DNA of 64,000 nt from assembly GCA_963798915.1 (NCBI GenBank), contig CAWCVB010000007.1, positions 143,640-207,639 on the forward strand, in the 5' to 3' direction. Both the position numbers and the translations under genes were made by a program. The DNA is from an uncultured Gemmatimonadales bacterium (lineage in GTDB: Bacteria > Gemmatimonadota > Gemmatimonadetes > Gemmatimonadales > GWC2-71-9). Below are positions 28,564 to 38,502 of the stretch, piece after piece. Position 1 is the stretch's first letter, and every line of letters begins with the position of its first letter. The notes beneath the pieces are model-generated. The model was given only the letters and a program-made list of their open reading frames with translations. It made no database searches and was not told where the DNA came from.

Positions 28564-30828
28564 ATGCACCGGTCGGCTGTAGCGTCCCTTGCCTTGGCTG
28601 CGCTCGTTTTCTTCCCCCTGCCGGCCGACCCGCCGCTCCGTGGGTTCACGGCGGCGTCATCTCGGGCCGAACGGGAACTTGAAGCCACTTTCCGTGCGAT
28701 TCCCGACCCGGCCCGCCTCCGCGCCGACGACAGTCTGCTGGCCGCCTTTCCGCACCATGTGGGCACGCCACGTGACTCGGCGAACGCCGCCTGGATTGCG
28801 GAGCAGTTCAGGAGCTACGGCTGGGATGTATCCATCGAGCGGTTCGAGGTGCTCTTCCCGACGCCACTGGAGCGCAAGGTGGAATTGGTGGCGCCGACCC
28901 GCTTCGTGGCCAAGCTCCAGGAACCGCCGGTTCCCTCTGACCCCACCAGTGCACAGCAGGACCAGCAGCTTCCCACCTACAACGCCTATAGTGGCGACGG
29001 CGACGTCACCGCGCCGCTGGTCTATGTGAACTACGGTGTGCCCTCCGACTACGACGAACTCGCCCGGCACGGCATTGACGTGAAGGGAAAGATCGTGATT
29101 GCGCGCTACGGCGGGGCCTGGCGCGGCATCAAGCCGAAGGTGGCGGCGGAGCACGGCGCCGTCGGCTGCCTGATCTACTCCGACCCGCGGCAGGATGGCT
29201 ACGGCGGGGGCGCCGTCTTTCCCGAAGGACCGATGCGCCCCGCCAACGGAGTGCAGCGGGGCAGCGTGATGGACATGCCGGTCTATCCCGGCGATCCGCT
29301 CACGCCGGGCGTGGGCGCCACCAGGAATGCCAAGCGCCTCAAGGTTTCCGAGGCCGCCACAATCATGAAGATCCCGGTGCTGCCGCTCTCCTATGCCGAT
29401 GCGCAGCCGCTGCTCGAGTCGCTCGAGGGACCGGTGGTGCCGGGCGACTGGCGCGGCGGTCTTCCCATTACCTATCGCTTCGGCGGCAGCGGACCGGCGC
29501 GGGTCCATCTGGCGGTCAAGTCGGACTGGAGTCTCCATCCGCTGTTCGACGTGATTGCCCGGCTTGCCGGCAGCAGCGAAGCCGATCAGTGGGTCGTGCG
29601 CGGCAATCATCATGATGCCTGGGTCAACGGCGCTGAAGATCCCATCTCCGGGCTGGTCACCGAACTGGAAGAAGCGCGCGCGCTGGGTCAGCTCTACAAG
29701 AACGGCTGGCGTCCGAAGCGGACCATCGTCTACGCCGCCTGGGATGGTGAGGAACCCGCGCTGCTTGGCAGCACCGAATGGGCCGAGACGCACGCCGAGG
29801 CGCTGCGGCAACATGCGGTGGCCTACATCAACACCGATGGCAACGGCCGCGGCTTCCTGGGCATGTCAGGATCGCACTCGCTGGAGCATTTCATCAACGA
29901 CGTGGCGCGGGAGATCAAGGATCCGGAGACGGGCCTCAGCGTGTGGGAGCGCCGCAAGGCCCGCACCATCGAACGGGGCGATGCCGACGAGCGGAAGGCG
30001 GCCCGGAGCGGCGGCGACCTTCCCATCGGGGCCCTGGGCTCCGGCTCCGACTACACGCCCTTCCTGCAGCACCTGGGGGTTGCGTCGCTCAGTCTGGGTT
30101 ACGGCGGCGAGGACGATGGCGGCATCTATCATTCGATCTACGATGATTTTTACTGGTACAGCCATTTTTCCGATACCTCGTTTGTCTATGGCAGGGCGCT
30201 CTCGCAGACGGTGGGCACGGCGGTGCTGCGGCTTGCCAATGCGGATCTGCTGCCGTTCCGTTTCGAGAACCTGGGCACGACAGTCGAGAAGTACGCCAAG
30301 GAATTGCAGGACCTGCGGGACACGCGCGCCAAGGAAATCACCGAGCGCAACACCCAGATCAGCGAGGGCATTTTCAAGGCGACCAGTGATCCGCGCGACC
30401 CTACCCTCGCGCCGGAGGCGAAGACGCCGGCGCCTCACCTCAATTTTGCGCCATTGCTGAATGCGGTCGATTCGCTCACCGCGGCCGCCAGCCGCTATGA
30501 GACGGCCTACGACCGGTGGGCTGCCGATTCCGCATCCAGCCAGGACCTGGCCGCGATCAACCGCCGGCTGCTGCAGACCGAACAGCTTCTTACGTCGGAG
30601 AGCGGCCTCCCCCGGCGGCCATGGTACCGTCACCTGCTCTATGCGCCAGGGTTCTATACCGGCTACGGCGTGAAGACGATGCCCGGCGTGCGGGAGGCGA
30701 TCGAACAGGGCGAGTGGGATGCGATCGATGCGCAGATGCGCCGGCTGGCAGACGCGCTGACTCGCGAGGCCGCCGCGGTGAACGAGATAACGGTCATGCT
30801 GCGCGGAAACAGCGGAACCACGCGCTGA
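28564..30828 (+). CDS. M28 peptidase, glutamate carboxypeptidase II / transferrin-receptor-like (PA + TFR dimer domains)
   Basis: YVNYG, GKIVIARYG, GNHHDAW, GAEDP, WDGEE, LGSGSDY, YHSIYD, RPWYRH.LYAPG. Confidence 0.95.
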   Translation: MHRSAVASLALAALVFFPLPADPPLRGFTAASSRAERELEATFRAIPDPARLRADDSLLAAFPHHVGTPRDSANAAWIAEQFRSYGWDVSIERFEVLFPTPLERKVELVAPTRFVAKLQEPPVPSDPTSAQQDQQLPTYNAYSGDGDVTAPLVYVNYGVPSDYDELARHGIDVKGKIVIARYGGAWRGIKPKVAAEHGAVGCLIYSDPRQDGYGGGAVFPEGPMRPANGVQRGSVMDMPVYPGDPLTPGVGATRNAKRLKVSEAATIMKIPVLPLSYADAQPLLESLEGPVVPGDWRGGLPITYRFGGSGPARVHLAVKSDWSLHPLFDVIARLAGSSEADQWVVRGNHHDAWVNGAEDPISGLVTELEEARALGQLYKNGWRPKRTIVYAAWDGEEPALLGSTEWAETHAEALRQHAVAYINTDGNGRGFLGMSGSHSLEHFINDVAREIKDPETGLSVWERRKARTIERGDADERKAARSGGDLPIGALGSGSDYTPFLQHLGVASLSLGYGGEDDGGIYHSIYDDFYWYSHFSDTSFVYGRALSQTVGTAVLRLANADLLPFRFENLGTTVEKYAKELQDLRDTRAKEITERNTQISEGIFKATSDPRDPTLAPEAKTPAPHLNFAPLLNAVDSLTAAASRYETAYDRWAADSASSQDLAAINRRLLQTEQLLTSESGLPRRPWYRHLLYAPGFYTGYGVKTMPGVREAIEQGEWDAIDAQMRRLADALTREAAAVNEITVMLRGNSGTTR

Positions 30829-30886
30829 GGTCTCGGCGCCGTTCCCCGTCCTGGCCGAGCGGCGCCGCGGCCCCTGCGGGAAATAG

Positions 30887-31330
30887 TTATCCGGCCACCG
30901 GCACGGCCGGGGTCAGTCCGATCCACCCCTTTGCCCTGGCCGTGCGGGCCAGCATCAGCAGCGCGATCGCGATCAGGAGGCAGAGTCCCTGCATGACCAG
31001 GTTACCGGTGCGGGCGCTCCCCGCCGCGCCGAACATGGCAACGTCCTCCACCACCAGGCCGACAAGAGACGCGACGAAAAACGGCACTGCCCAACCCTTG
31101 CGGATGACCAGAGCCAGGCTGCCGAGTGCACCTGCCCACACGGCGACGGCCATGCCCATCACGCCCCAGATCGGGAACCCGTTGAACATCGCCTGCTGCG
31201 CTTCAGGGAGCTGGGCAATCGCCTCGGGGCTCATGGTCACCATGGACAGATAGAAATAGCATCCCATCAGGTTCCACAGCAGGGCAAGAACCGCAACCGG
31301 CATGTACCACTTGGGCGTGGGCGTCATCAT
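30887..31330 (-). CDS. Hypothetical 4-TM membrane protein
   Basis: PKWY..VAVLALLWNLMG, P.W...AVAVWAGALG. Confidence 0.75.
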   Translation of the reverse strand: MMTPTPKWYMPVAVLALLWNLMGCYFYLSMVTMSPEAIAQLPEAQQAMFNGFPIWGVMGMAVAVWAGALGSLALVIRKGWAVPFFVASLVGLVVEDVAMFGAAGSARTGNLVMQGLCLLIAIALLMLARTARAKGWIGLTPAVPVAG

Positions 31331-31454
31331 TGCGCTCCGGTGAGGGGATGGACGGCCGGGTCAGGGCGGCACCGTGGCCGGCCACCAATGTACCTCGCGA
31401 CCGGGCACTGGGTGAGAGGCGCCCCGGCAGCGACCGCCCGGCGGCCGGTCGCCG

Positions 31455-32744
31455 CTACGAGAACCGGCGGAACATGGCCTGGATACGGGCGATCAGCGCC
31501 GCATCCACGCCGGCCTCCCTTGCCTCCGGTTCCCAGCGTTCCAGCGATGCTTCCACCTCTTCGATGATGACGGCGCCGGCCTTCGGAACGTCGAACGCGC
31601 GGCCCACGGCCAGCAGGTCATCACGGGTGAAATCGTCGTCCTTGCCGCGGGCGGTCATCTGGTGGGTCATGGCCCACGCGCCGCCGTAGGCAAAGGTCAT
31701 GTCAAAGGCGGGTGCCAGCCGCCACGCCCCGTCCGGTCCCATCAGGAAGGCGACGTTCTTGACGTGGTCGTCCTGGTTGCGGGCCATGATGTTGAAGACC
31801 ATCCGGCGATACGCCTGGTCTACCGACGGCTGTCCCATGCCCAGCAGGCGAATGGTGCGGAAGTAATCTTCGTAGGAGAGAACCTGCCTGACATTGTAGT
31901 CGGCGTGCTGAAGCCCACCCAGGCTGTGCATGTGAAGCCGAGTTCCCTCCTCGCGATCAAAGCGCCGGGTCATGAAATGGGCAAAGTTGCGCTCGCGGAG
32001 CAGGAAGGTGTCGGTCATCTCGATACCGGCCGCACCGGCCATCCGCGAATAGGCAAACTCGATGCGCCCATAGGGACCGGGGTTGAATTCCCTGGCCAGC
32101 ACGTGGCCTCCTGCTCCAGCGGACACGCCATCGAACTTGATGAGCCAGTGCTCATCATCTTTTCCCCTGGGCGCAAAGGCCGACTTCACTCGCTTTGCCT
32201 CGCGGTTCCACAGCACCAGCGCCTTGGCTCGCGCACCACCCGCCGAGGCGCCCAGCTGCATCATTTCGGGCAGCGCCACGTCCGGGTCGCCCTCGATCAC
32301 GCGACGCGCCTCCTCGACCAGCTTCGCAATGGCCAGCGCCTCGCCGGTATCACGATTCATCCGTCCCTCGAGCGGCGGCCGGAACTCCAGCGCACCCATG
32401 GCGCGGCTGCCGATGTAGAGCAGCTTCTGCACCGGACTCATGGCCGCGCCCGGTGTGCCACGCTGCTCGAAGTAGCGCCGGATCACGGCATTGCCGAAGG
32501 CATCGGGAAGACTGTCGGCCAGGAGACCGGGCAGGCCGGCGAATGATTCGGTGCGCCGCAGCTCGGGAAAGGAGACGGGGCCACGACGCGACAGGGGCAG
32601 GTGGATGGGCGAGACTTCCAGTCCCGAGCGCCGGAAGTCCTCGCTATACTCGAACACGATTCCGCCCGTGGGATCCTCGGCGACCGCGCCAAGCTCCTGG
32701 CCCCAGAGCAGGATGCTGGCGACGGCAAAGGGTGACTCAGCCAT
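31455..32744 (-). CDS. hipA: HipA-family toxin kinase
   Basis: N-terminal couple domain (GLPGLLADSLPDAFG), SAGGARAK P-loop, IKFD, RRFDR, RNQDDHVKN, LAPAFDM. Confidence 0.95.
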   Translation of the reverse strand: MAESPFAVASILLWGQELGAVAEDPTGGIVFEYSEDFRRSGLEVSPIHLPLSRRGPVSFPELRRTESFAGLPGLLADSLPDAFGNAVIRRYFEQRGTPGAAMSPVQKLLYIGSRAMGALEFRPPLEGRMNRDTGEALAIAKLVEEARRVIEGDPDVALPEMMQLGASAGGARAKALVLWNREAKRVKSAFAPRGKDDEHWLIKFDGVSAGAGGHVLAREFNPGPYGRIEFAYSRMAGAAGIEMTDTFLLRERNFAHFMTRRFDREEGTRLHMHSLGGLQHADYNVRQVLSYEDYFRTIRLLGMGQPSVDQAYRRMVFNIMARNQDDHVKNVAFLMGPDGAWRLAPAFDMTFAYGGAWAMTHQMTARGKDDDFTRDDLLAVGRAFDVPKAGAVIIEEVEASLERWEPEAREAGVDAALIARIQAMFRRFS

Positions 32745-33087
32745 CGGGCGACGCGCGGCGAGGCGTCCCGGCGCGCTGACGCTGGCGCCCGCGCAGCTTC
32801 ACCAGCTGCATGGGAGAGACGAGCGGGGCAGGGAGGAACGCATCAAGCGCCTCCAGCCGGCCCAGGGCACGAAGAATCTGGATGACCGTGGCCAGGGTCG
32901 GATTCTCGCCGGCCTCAGCCCGGGCAAGGGTCCGGACACTGATGCCAGCGGCGGCGGCGACGTCAGCCGCGGTACGGTTCTGCTGCAGCCGGTAGCGTTC
33001 GAGCCGGTGGCCGATCTCGGCGAGCGCTTCACTGGTGGTGGCCGTGGTGTCCATCGTGCCATCCAAGGTTCGGTGTACAAGAGACAT
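32737..33087 (-). CDS. XRE-family HTH antitoxin (HipB-like)
   Basis: IGHRLERYRLQQNRT..VAAAAGISVRTLARAE; overlaps the hipA start. Confidence 0.88.
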   Translation of the reverse strand: MSLVHRTLDGTMDTTATTSEALAEIGHRLERYRLQQNRTAADVAAAAGISVRTLARAEAGENPTLATVIQILRALGRLEALDAFLPAPLVSPMQLVKLRGRQRQRAGTPRRASPDG

Positions 33088-33237
33088 ATATGTCTTGTTA
33101 CATGTTATTATGTAGCTACCTCGTCAGATATGTCCTATTATAGCGTCGAAAACAGATGGAATCAAGCTAAGTAAACGTTAAGCTGCAATATATGCCCTTT
33201 TGACTGTTCTAGTAGCGTTAAGACGACATATACGTCC
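33082..33237. promoter_or_regulatory. AT-rich hipBA upstream region with four related putative operator boxes
   Basis: Perfect palindrome AGACATATATGTCT (33082-33095); related 10-mers start at 33086, 33126, 33188 and 33228. Confidence 0.6.
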
Positions 33238-33371
33238 AGTACCAGATACTGATGGCATCTGGCCCTGAAGCCAGCTCGAAAGCCATGTCGAGAACCGCCG
33301 GCCAGTTCCGACTTCTCATGCAGGCGTCAATCCCGCCGCCTGCTTGAGACCCGAACTCGAGGAGATCCACC

Positions 33372-33428
33372 ATGCGTTTCATGCTGATGATGAACGTGCC
33401 CAGGGGCACCGGCGACTACCAGATCGGC
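33372..33428 (+). pseudogene. N-terminal remnant of a YciI/DGPF-family gene
   Basis: GGAG RBS, MRFMLMMNVPRGTGDYQI, then a break into a 9-mer repeat (ggcaggacg). Confidence 0.5.
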
Positions 33429-33562
33429 GGCTCGGCAGGACGGGCAGGACGGCCGAGGCGGGCAAGATGGGCGGGCTCAACCACGCGCGTCATTGCGAGC
33501 CACCCCTTGCCAAATCTACTTTACCATGCAAAGTTAATTCCGGAACCTGGCACGAGGGGATC

Positions 33563-33964
33563 ATGACTGCCGTCGAGAAGTATTTCTTCAGTCCTGTCTA
33601 TTTCCCGCGGTCCACCTGGGACGTGGTCCGCTGGTGGGAATCCCGCCGCCTGCTGTTCAACGCCTCGGTGGGGGGAGCGGGGCTCCTCACCATTGCCATT
33701 CTTCAGCTTTTCGCCGCGCTGCCGCCCACCTTTCCGTACTTTGGGGTGCCGTGGGGTGCGGTGGCGGTCTACGGCATTCTCGCGAACGTCTTCTACACGC
33801 TGGGCGCTCCGGCCGACCTCCTGATCCGCCATCTCTTCGGGCCGCGCGCCGCCGTGGCCGGCCCCACGCTCTTCCGCTACGGATTTGTCTTCTCCCTGGG
33901 GCTCACCCTGCTGCCGGTCTGCTTCGGGGTGATGTTCTGGCTGCTGAGGCTGGTGGCGTGGTAG
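33563..33964 (+). CDS. Hypothetical membrane protein
   Basis: VVRWWESRRLLFN, ANVFYTLG, 3 TM helices; GAGG RBS. Confidence 0.75.
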   Translation: MTAVEKYFFSPVYFPRSTWDVVRWWESRRLLFNASVGGAGLLTIAILQLFAALPPTFPYFGVPWGAVAVYGILANVFYTLGAPADLLIRHLFGPRAAVAGPTLFRYGFVFSLGLTLLPVCFGVMFWLLRLVAW

Positions 33965-34013
33965 GTTAGGGGACTTGGTTCTCGACCCTGCCACCCTCGA
34001 CCCTCGACCCTCC

Positions 34014-34403
34014 ATGAAATACATGCTCCTGGTCTACATCGACCATGACCTCCTCGATGCCCTGCCGGCCGGCCAGTTCGACGGCATGATGCGCGACTGC
34101 CTCTCGCATGCGGACGCACTGAAGCACCGGGGGCAGCTGATCGAGTCGCAGATGCTGGAAGACGCGCCCGGCGCGCGCGCCGTCCGGGTCCGGAACGGCA
34201 AGCTCACCACCACCGACGGCCCCTTTGCCGAGACCAAGGAAGTGCTCGGCGGGTTCAACCTGATCGAGGCCGCGGACATGGCCGAGGCGACCCGGATGGC
34301 GGTGGAGAACTTTCCGTGGGCCAGTGTCGGCTGCATTGAAGTGCGGCCGGTGCGGGACATCGGGGCGGTGGCCGAGCGGGTAGGGTGGCGGGCGACGGCC
34401 TGA
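34014..34403 (+). CDS. YciI family (DGPFAETKE) protein
   Basis: MKYMLLVY...TTDGPFAETKEVLGGF...IEVRPV; preceded by a cgaccct heptamer repeat (33981-34012). Confidence 0.93.
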   Translation: MKYMLLVYIDHDLLDALPAGQFDGMMRDCLSHADALKHRGQLIESQMLEDAPGARAVRVRNGKLTTTDGPFAETKEVLGGFNLIEAADMAEATRMAVENFPWASVGCIEVRPVRDIGAVAERVGWRATA

Positions 34404-34603
34404 GTGCACTGACTATTCGATTTCACGCGCGCAGCATTTGATTGCCCCGCGAATTGTGCAAAGTCGCCGCGTTCGCTATGGAGTTCCCGGCTTCACCCAC
34501 TTCGCGGGTGATTGCCAGGCCCTCAAGCGCAACCAGCGTGCTGTTTCGAAAGGGATGCCGCAGCTTCAACCAGACACCTCAACGAAGACCTCGGTGGCTA
34601 TTC

Positions 34604-35409
34604 ATGACACGTTTGGGCCTTGGCCAGTTTCTGGGAGAGCGCGGCCGTTCCGCCACGGCGGGCGGATTTACTCTTGTGGAGATGCATGACACCCCGAGCG
34701 TGCCGGTACCGCGACATACCCACGAGGACCCACACTTCCTGGTCGTGCTGAGTGGCCATTATGACACGCGGCGATGAACATCCGCGGCCGGGCTGCTTCG
34801 GGAACGGTCCTTTTCAATCCGGCGGGTACCACTCACCAGGACCATTTTGTCACCTCGGCCGGTCGTTTCCTCACCCTGTCGATCGATCCGGAGCGCGCCA
34901 GGTTCCTGCGCGAGGTAACGCGGCATTCGCTGGAAGGCGATTCCATCGCCCTGAAGCAGCCGCGGGCTCGCTGGCTCGGCCGGCGGCTCAACGAGGAGCT
35001 CGGCGTGTCCGATCTCTTCCACCCTCGTGCTCGAGGGGTTGGCGCTCGAGCTCATCGGACAGGCCACGCGCGAGACGAGTACTGGCCGTGCCCGCCCTGG
35101 TTGGCTCGTCCGGGCGGCCGAACTGTTGACCGATCGTTGCGGCGAAGCCATCACTGTCGCAGAGATTGCGGGTATCGTCGGGGTTCATCCATGGCACCTC
35201 ACGCGCTGCTTCCGGGAGGCGTACGGCTGCACGCCCGGGCAGTACCAGCGCCAGTGCCGGGCCGACATGGCCTTGGCGCTTCTCAGGGATACCCGCCTCT
35301 CCCTCTCCGAAATCGCCCTCCGCTGCGGTTTCGCGGACCAGACTCAGTCACAAGGAGCTTCCGCAAGACCCTCGGCATTACGCCCGGAAGGTGCCGTTCT
35401 GCATATTGA
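34604..35409 (+). CDS. AraC-family regulator (cupin + HTH) with ~3 frameshifts (pseudogene or assembly error)
   Basis: VPRHTHEDPHF, FNPAGTTHQD, PGWL..AAELL, GVHPWHLTRCFR, LSEIALRCGFADQ, TRSFRKTLGITPG across frames. Confidence 0.8.
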
Positions 35410-35508
35410 GGCTGGTTGCTGGCAAGACGAATCCCCGACGCTTTCGTAGCTTGCGTATGCGCCGAGCCATCCTGGCCAGCGCATTCTGCACTGTGGAGGG
35501 AAGGACCG

Positions 35509-36474
35509 ATGCGGAGCCGGCGCGATTTCCTGACGACCCTGGCGTGGACCACGGGCGGTCTGCTGCTGTCGAACGCGTGCCACGGAATGCCGGGAACCCA
35601 AACCGTTCCGGCCCCGGACTGGGGTCAATCGGCGGCGGACCCGGAGATCGCCCTTACGCGTGTCACATTCCCGTCCGGCAGCGACACGGTGCCGGCGTTC
35701 TTCTCCCGGCCGAAGGCTCGGGGCCGCCACCCGGCCGTCATCGTGCTGCATGCCAACTGGCTGGTTGAGCCTTACATCCCCGATACCACCGCGTTGCTGG
35801 CCCGGGCCGGATTCGTCGGCCTCGCGATTGACCTCTTCCACATGTTCCCGCCGGTGGCATCCTGGGAGGAGGCGGAGCAGGTTCCCGGAAGGGTCATGCA
35901 GGACGCTTTGGACAAGGAGTTCACCGAGCCCCGGATGATCCGGAACATCAGTTCGGGTATCGACTATCTCCGCCGCCAGCCGTTCGTAGCCGACGGAGGC
36001 GTCGCCATCCTCGGCTTCTGCGGTGGCGGCTGGAATGCACTGCTCGCCGGCGCCCAGCTCGCCGACATCGCGGCCGTGATCGCCTTCTACGCGCCGCTCA
36101 CGATCAGCGATCCACAGCACCGGGCGCCGCAGGATCTGGTCGAATACATGCAGATGCCAATTCTCTTCCATCAGGCGCTCAAGGATCCGTTCGTGAAGCC
36201 GGCCGACGTGGATCGCTTCGAGGCGATGGTCCGGAAGGACGGCACGCCGTTCACGCGGTACCAGTATGACGCATTCCACGGCTTCTTCGCCTTCAACCGG
36301 GTACCGGAGTTCAACGCGAAGGACGCGACTCTGGCCTGGCAGCGAACGGTGCCCTTTCTGCGTCGGTACGCCGGCGCGCCGCTTAAGCACCGCGCTCTGG
36401 CACCGTCGCGCGACGCATTGGGAATGGCGGCTGACCGGTCGGAGCATACCGTGCTTCACGCCGGGCACACCTGA
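35509..36474 (+). CDS. Tat-exported dienelactone hydrolase family protein
   Basis: SRRDFL Tat motif; GFCGGG nucleophile, HQALKD, AFHGF. Confidence 0.9.
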   Translation: MRSRRDFLTTLAWTTGGLLLSNACHGMPGTQTVPAPDWGQSAADPEIALTRVTFPSGSDTVPAFFSRPKARGRHPAVIVLHANWLVEPYIPDTTALLARAGFVGLAIDLFHMFPPVASWEEAEQVPGRVMQDALDKEFTEPRMIRNISSGIDYLRRQPFVADGGVAILGFCGGGWNALLAGAQLADIAAVIAFYAPLTISDPQHRAPQDLVEYMQMPILFHQALKDPFVKPADVDRFEAMVRKDGTPFTRYQYDAFHGFFAFNRVPEFNAKDATLAWQRTVPFLRRYAGAPLKHRALAPSRDALGMAADRSEHTVLHAGHT

Positions 36475-36575
36475 GCTGTGGGCAGCGAGGCGTGGCGCGC
36501 AGCGACCGGGTGCTCGCGTGCCTCACCACCTGCCGGCGGACGGGGCGGCCGTCAGGTAGATAGAGAGGTGAAAGC

Positions 36576-37052
36576 GTGCACGTCAGCGAGATCATGCGGC
36601 TGGAGGAGCAGCTTCGGCTCACGCTCGAGGGCGAGGCCTGGCACGGCCCTCCTGTCCTCGAAATCCTGGCAGGAGTCTCGGCGGAGCAAGCCAGCAGCCA
36701 TCCCATTCCGGGTGCCCACAGCATCTGGGAGCTGGTCCTGCACATCGCCAGCGATTATGGGCTGGTGCTGCGCCGAATATCTGGAGACGGACACCCGCTC
36801 ACGCCGGACGAGAGCTGGCCTCCCTGTCCGCCGGCGACAGCCGACCACTGGCAGCAGGCGGTGGAAGCGCTCCGGCAGTCCAATCAGCAGCTCCGGGATG
36901 CGGTGCGCGCCTTTCCAGCCGAGCGGCTCGACCAGCCGCTGGTGCCCGAGGTCCCGTACACCGCGTACACGCAGTTCATCGGGGTGACCCAGCACAACCT
37001 GTATCATGCCGGCCAGATCGCGCTGCTGAAGCGAGCGCTGGCCGCCACCTGA
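36576..37052 (+). CDS. DinB family protein
   Basis: GEAWHGP, HSIWELVLHI, QHNLYHAGQIALLK. Confidence 0.92.
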   Translation: MHVSEIMRLEEQLRLTLEGEAWHGPPVLEILAGVSAEQASSHPIPGAHSIWELVLHIASDYGLVLRRISGDGHPLTPDESWPPCPPATADHWQQAVEALRQSNQQLRDAVRAFPAERLDQPLVPEVPYTAYTQFIGVTQHNLYHAGQIALLKRALAAT

Positions 37053-37227
37053 ACCGCAGCACCGTCTGCGGGAGGATTTCCTGACTCACCTCTGCGGCTC
37101 CCGCTTCCCCGCGTCCCTTGCGAGGTGCGGTTGCGACTGGTTGTCTCGAGAGAATGCAGCGTGCCCGCCCGGCGGCCCTCGGCTTCGCACCACTTCGCCG
37201 GCGGGGCGACGTCCTTGCGCTAAGTAT

Positions 37228-37695
37228 GTGACTTTCTACTTCGCTGCGGGACTTCTTGTCGCTGGGTGCTCACGGCCACCTCTGACGCTGACACCAGCTC
37301 CTTGCGGGTCAGCGGTCGTTGCGGACTCCGGATGGCCGAGCGTGCAGCTACCCGCACAAGCCGGATGGATCCGGCTTCCACCTTCGTACCGGCCGTATCC
37401 GAAGGATGACAGGACGAGTCTTGCGTGGATCGATCCGGGTCGGGGCTCCATTGTTCTTCAGCGCAGGCGTGAGCCAATGCAGCTGGGGAACGATGGCCTC
37501 ATGTGCCACTTTCGCTCGGGTATGTTTGACATCCATCTCGTCACAAGTGTCTCGTACAGCGATCCGGCCCCCGGATACGTAACCGTCGCCCAGTGGGAGC
37601 GCCGACCCGGCGAATGGCTCTCACTTCTTGGCACCGCGCAGGACAGAGTCACGCAGGCGGAGCAGGTGGCCGCCATCTATTCGTTGACTCTGTAG
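37228..37695 (+). CDS. Hypothetical lipoprotein (start uncertain)
   Basis: FYFAAGLLVAGC lipobox. Confidence 0.5.
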   Translation: MTFYFAAGLLVAGCSRPPLTLTPAPCGSAVVADSGWPSVQLPAQAGWIRLPPSYRPYPKDDRTSLAWIDPGRGSIVLQRRREPMQLGNDGLMCHFRSGMFDIHLVTSVSYSDPAPGYVTVAQWERRPGEWLSLLGTAQDRVTQAEQVAAIYSLTL

Positions 37696-37812
37696 GCAGC
37701 CACTCGCGACGGACGGGCCGGATGCGCTACGTGGCCGGCATCATTAGCCGGCGACCGCAGCCGGCGACCGCGCACCGCCAGCTGAGACGCAGGTCGTACG
37801 TTAGTCCACCAA

Positions 37813-38343
37813 ATGGAGGGCGTGCCATTCGTGCGCATCCAGGTCGACTCCGAGCCGGATGAGTCCGTGCGGGGTTGCGTGGCCATCGCTCAGTCGGTCT
37901 CGCATCCGGGCCGGGGACTCCTCCTGTTCTTCGCGCTCTACGGTGCCGTGCTGCTCAGCGCCTACTCCTTGACGCCCAGGACGCCAGTCCAGACGGTGTT
38001 CATCGCCTTCGGGGCCATCTTCTCGACCTACTACATCGTTCGCCTTGAGGGCTTGTCCCGGCTGCGCCGCCTCACTCGCCGTGACCCGCACGCCAACGAG
38101 ACCACCTTCATCGAGTTGACCGCTCACGGAGTACACACCTGGTGCGAGCATATTGATGCGCGCTACCCGTGGACCGATTTCGCCAGGGTCTCGGAAAACG
38201 CGGAGTTCTTCCTGTTTGCGCGCTCGTCTGGTTCGGGGACGGTCACTCCGAAGCGTGTGGTCACGGGACCGCTGGAGCTGGAGCTGCGTCAATGCGTCGC
38301 GGAATGGTGGGGCGAGATTCAGAGGCTGCCACGCTGGTGTTGA
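37813..38343 (+). CDS. YcxB-like membrane protein
   Basis: Two TMs followed by LTAHGV...YPWTDF..VSENAEFFLF....TPKR. Confidence 0.65.
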   Translation: MEGVPFVRIQVDSEPDESVRGCVAIAQSVSHPGRGLLLFFALYGAVLLSAYSLTPRTPVQTVFIAFGAIFSTYYIVRLEGLSRLRRLTRRDPHANETTFIELTAHGVHTWCEHIDARYPWTDFARVSENAEFFLFARSSGSGTVTPKRVVTGPLELELRQCVAEWWGEIQRLPRWC

Positions 38344-38502
38344 ACGTGGCGTCTCGCTTGCGGACCCGTTTTCATCGTGCTACTTGTCGTACAGGAAGAC
38401 TTCCACGACCGGGGTCGACCGGTTCCAGCTGGGCTAGCATTGGCGGCAGAACGTGAAACGTCAGGCGACACTTTCGCCCTCGCGCGCATCAGGAGGAAGC
38501 GT

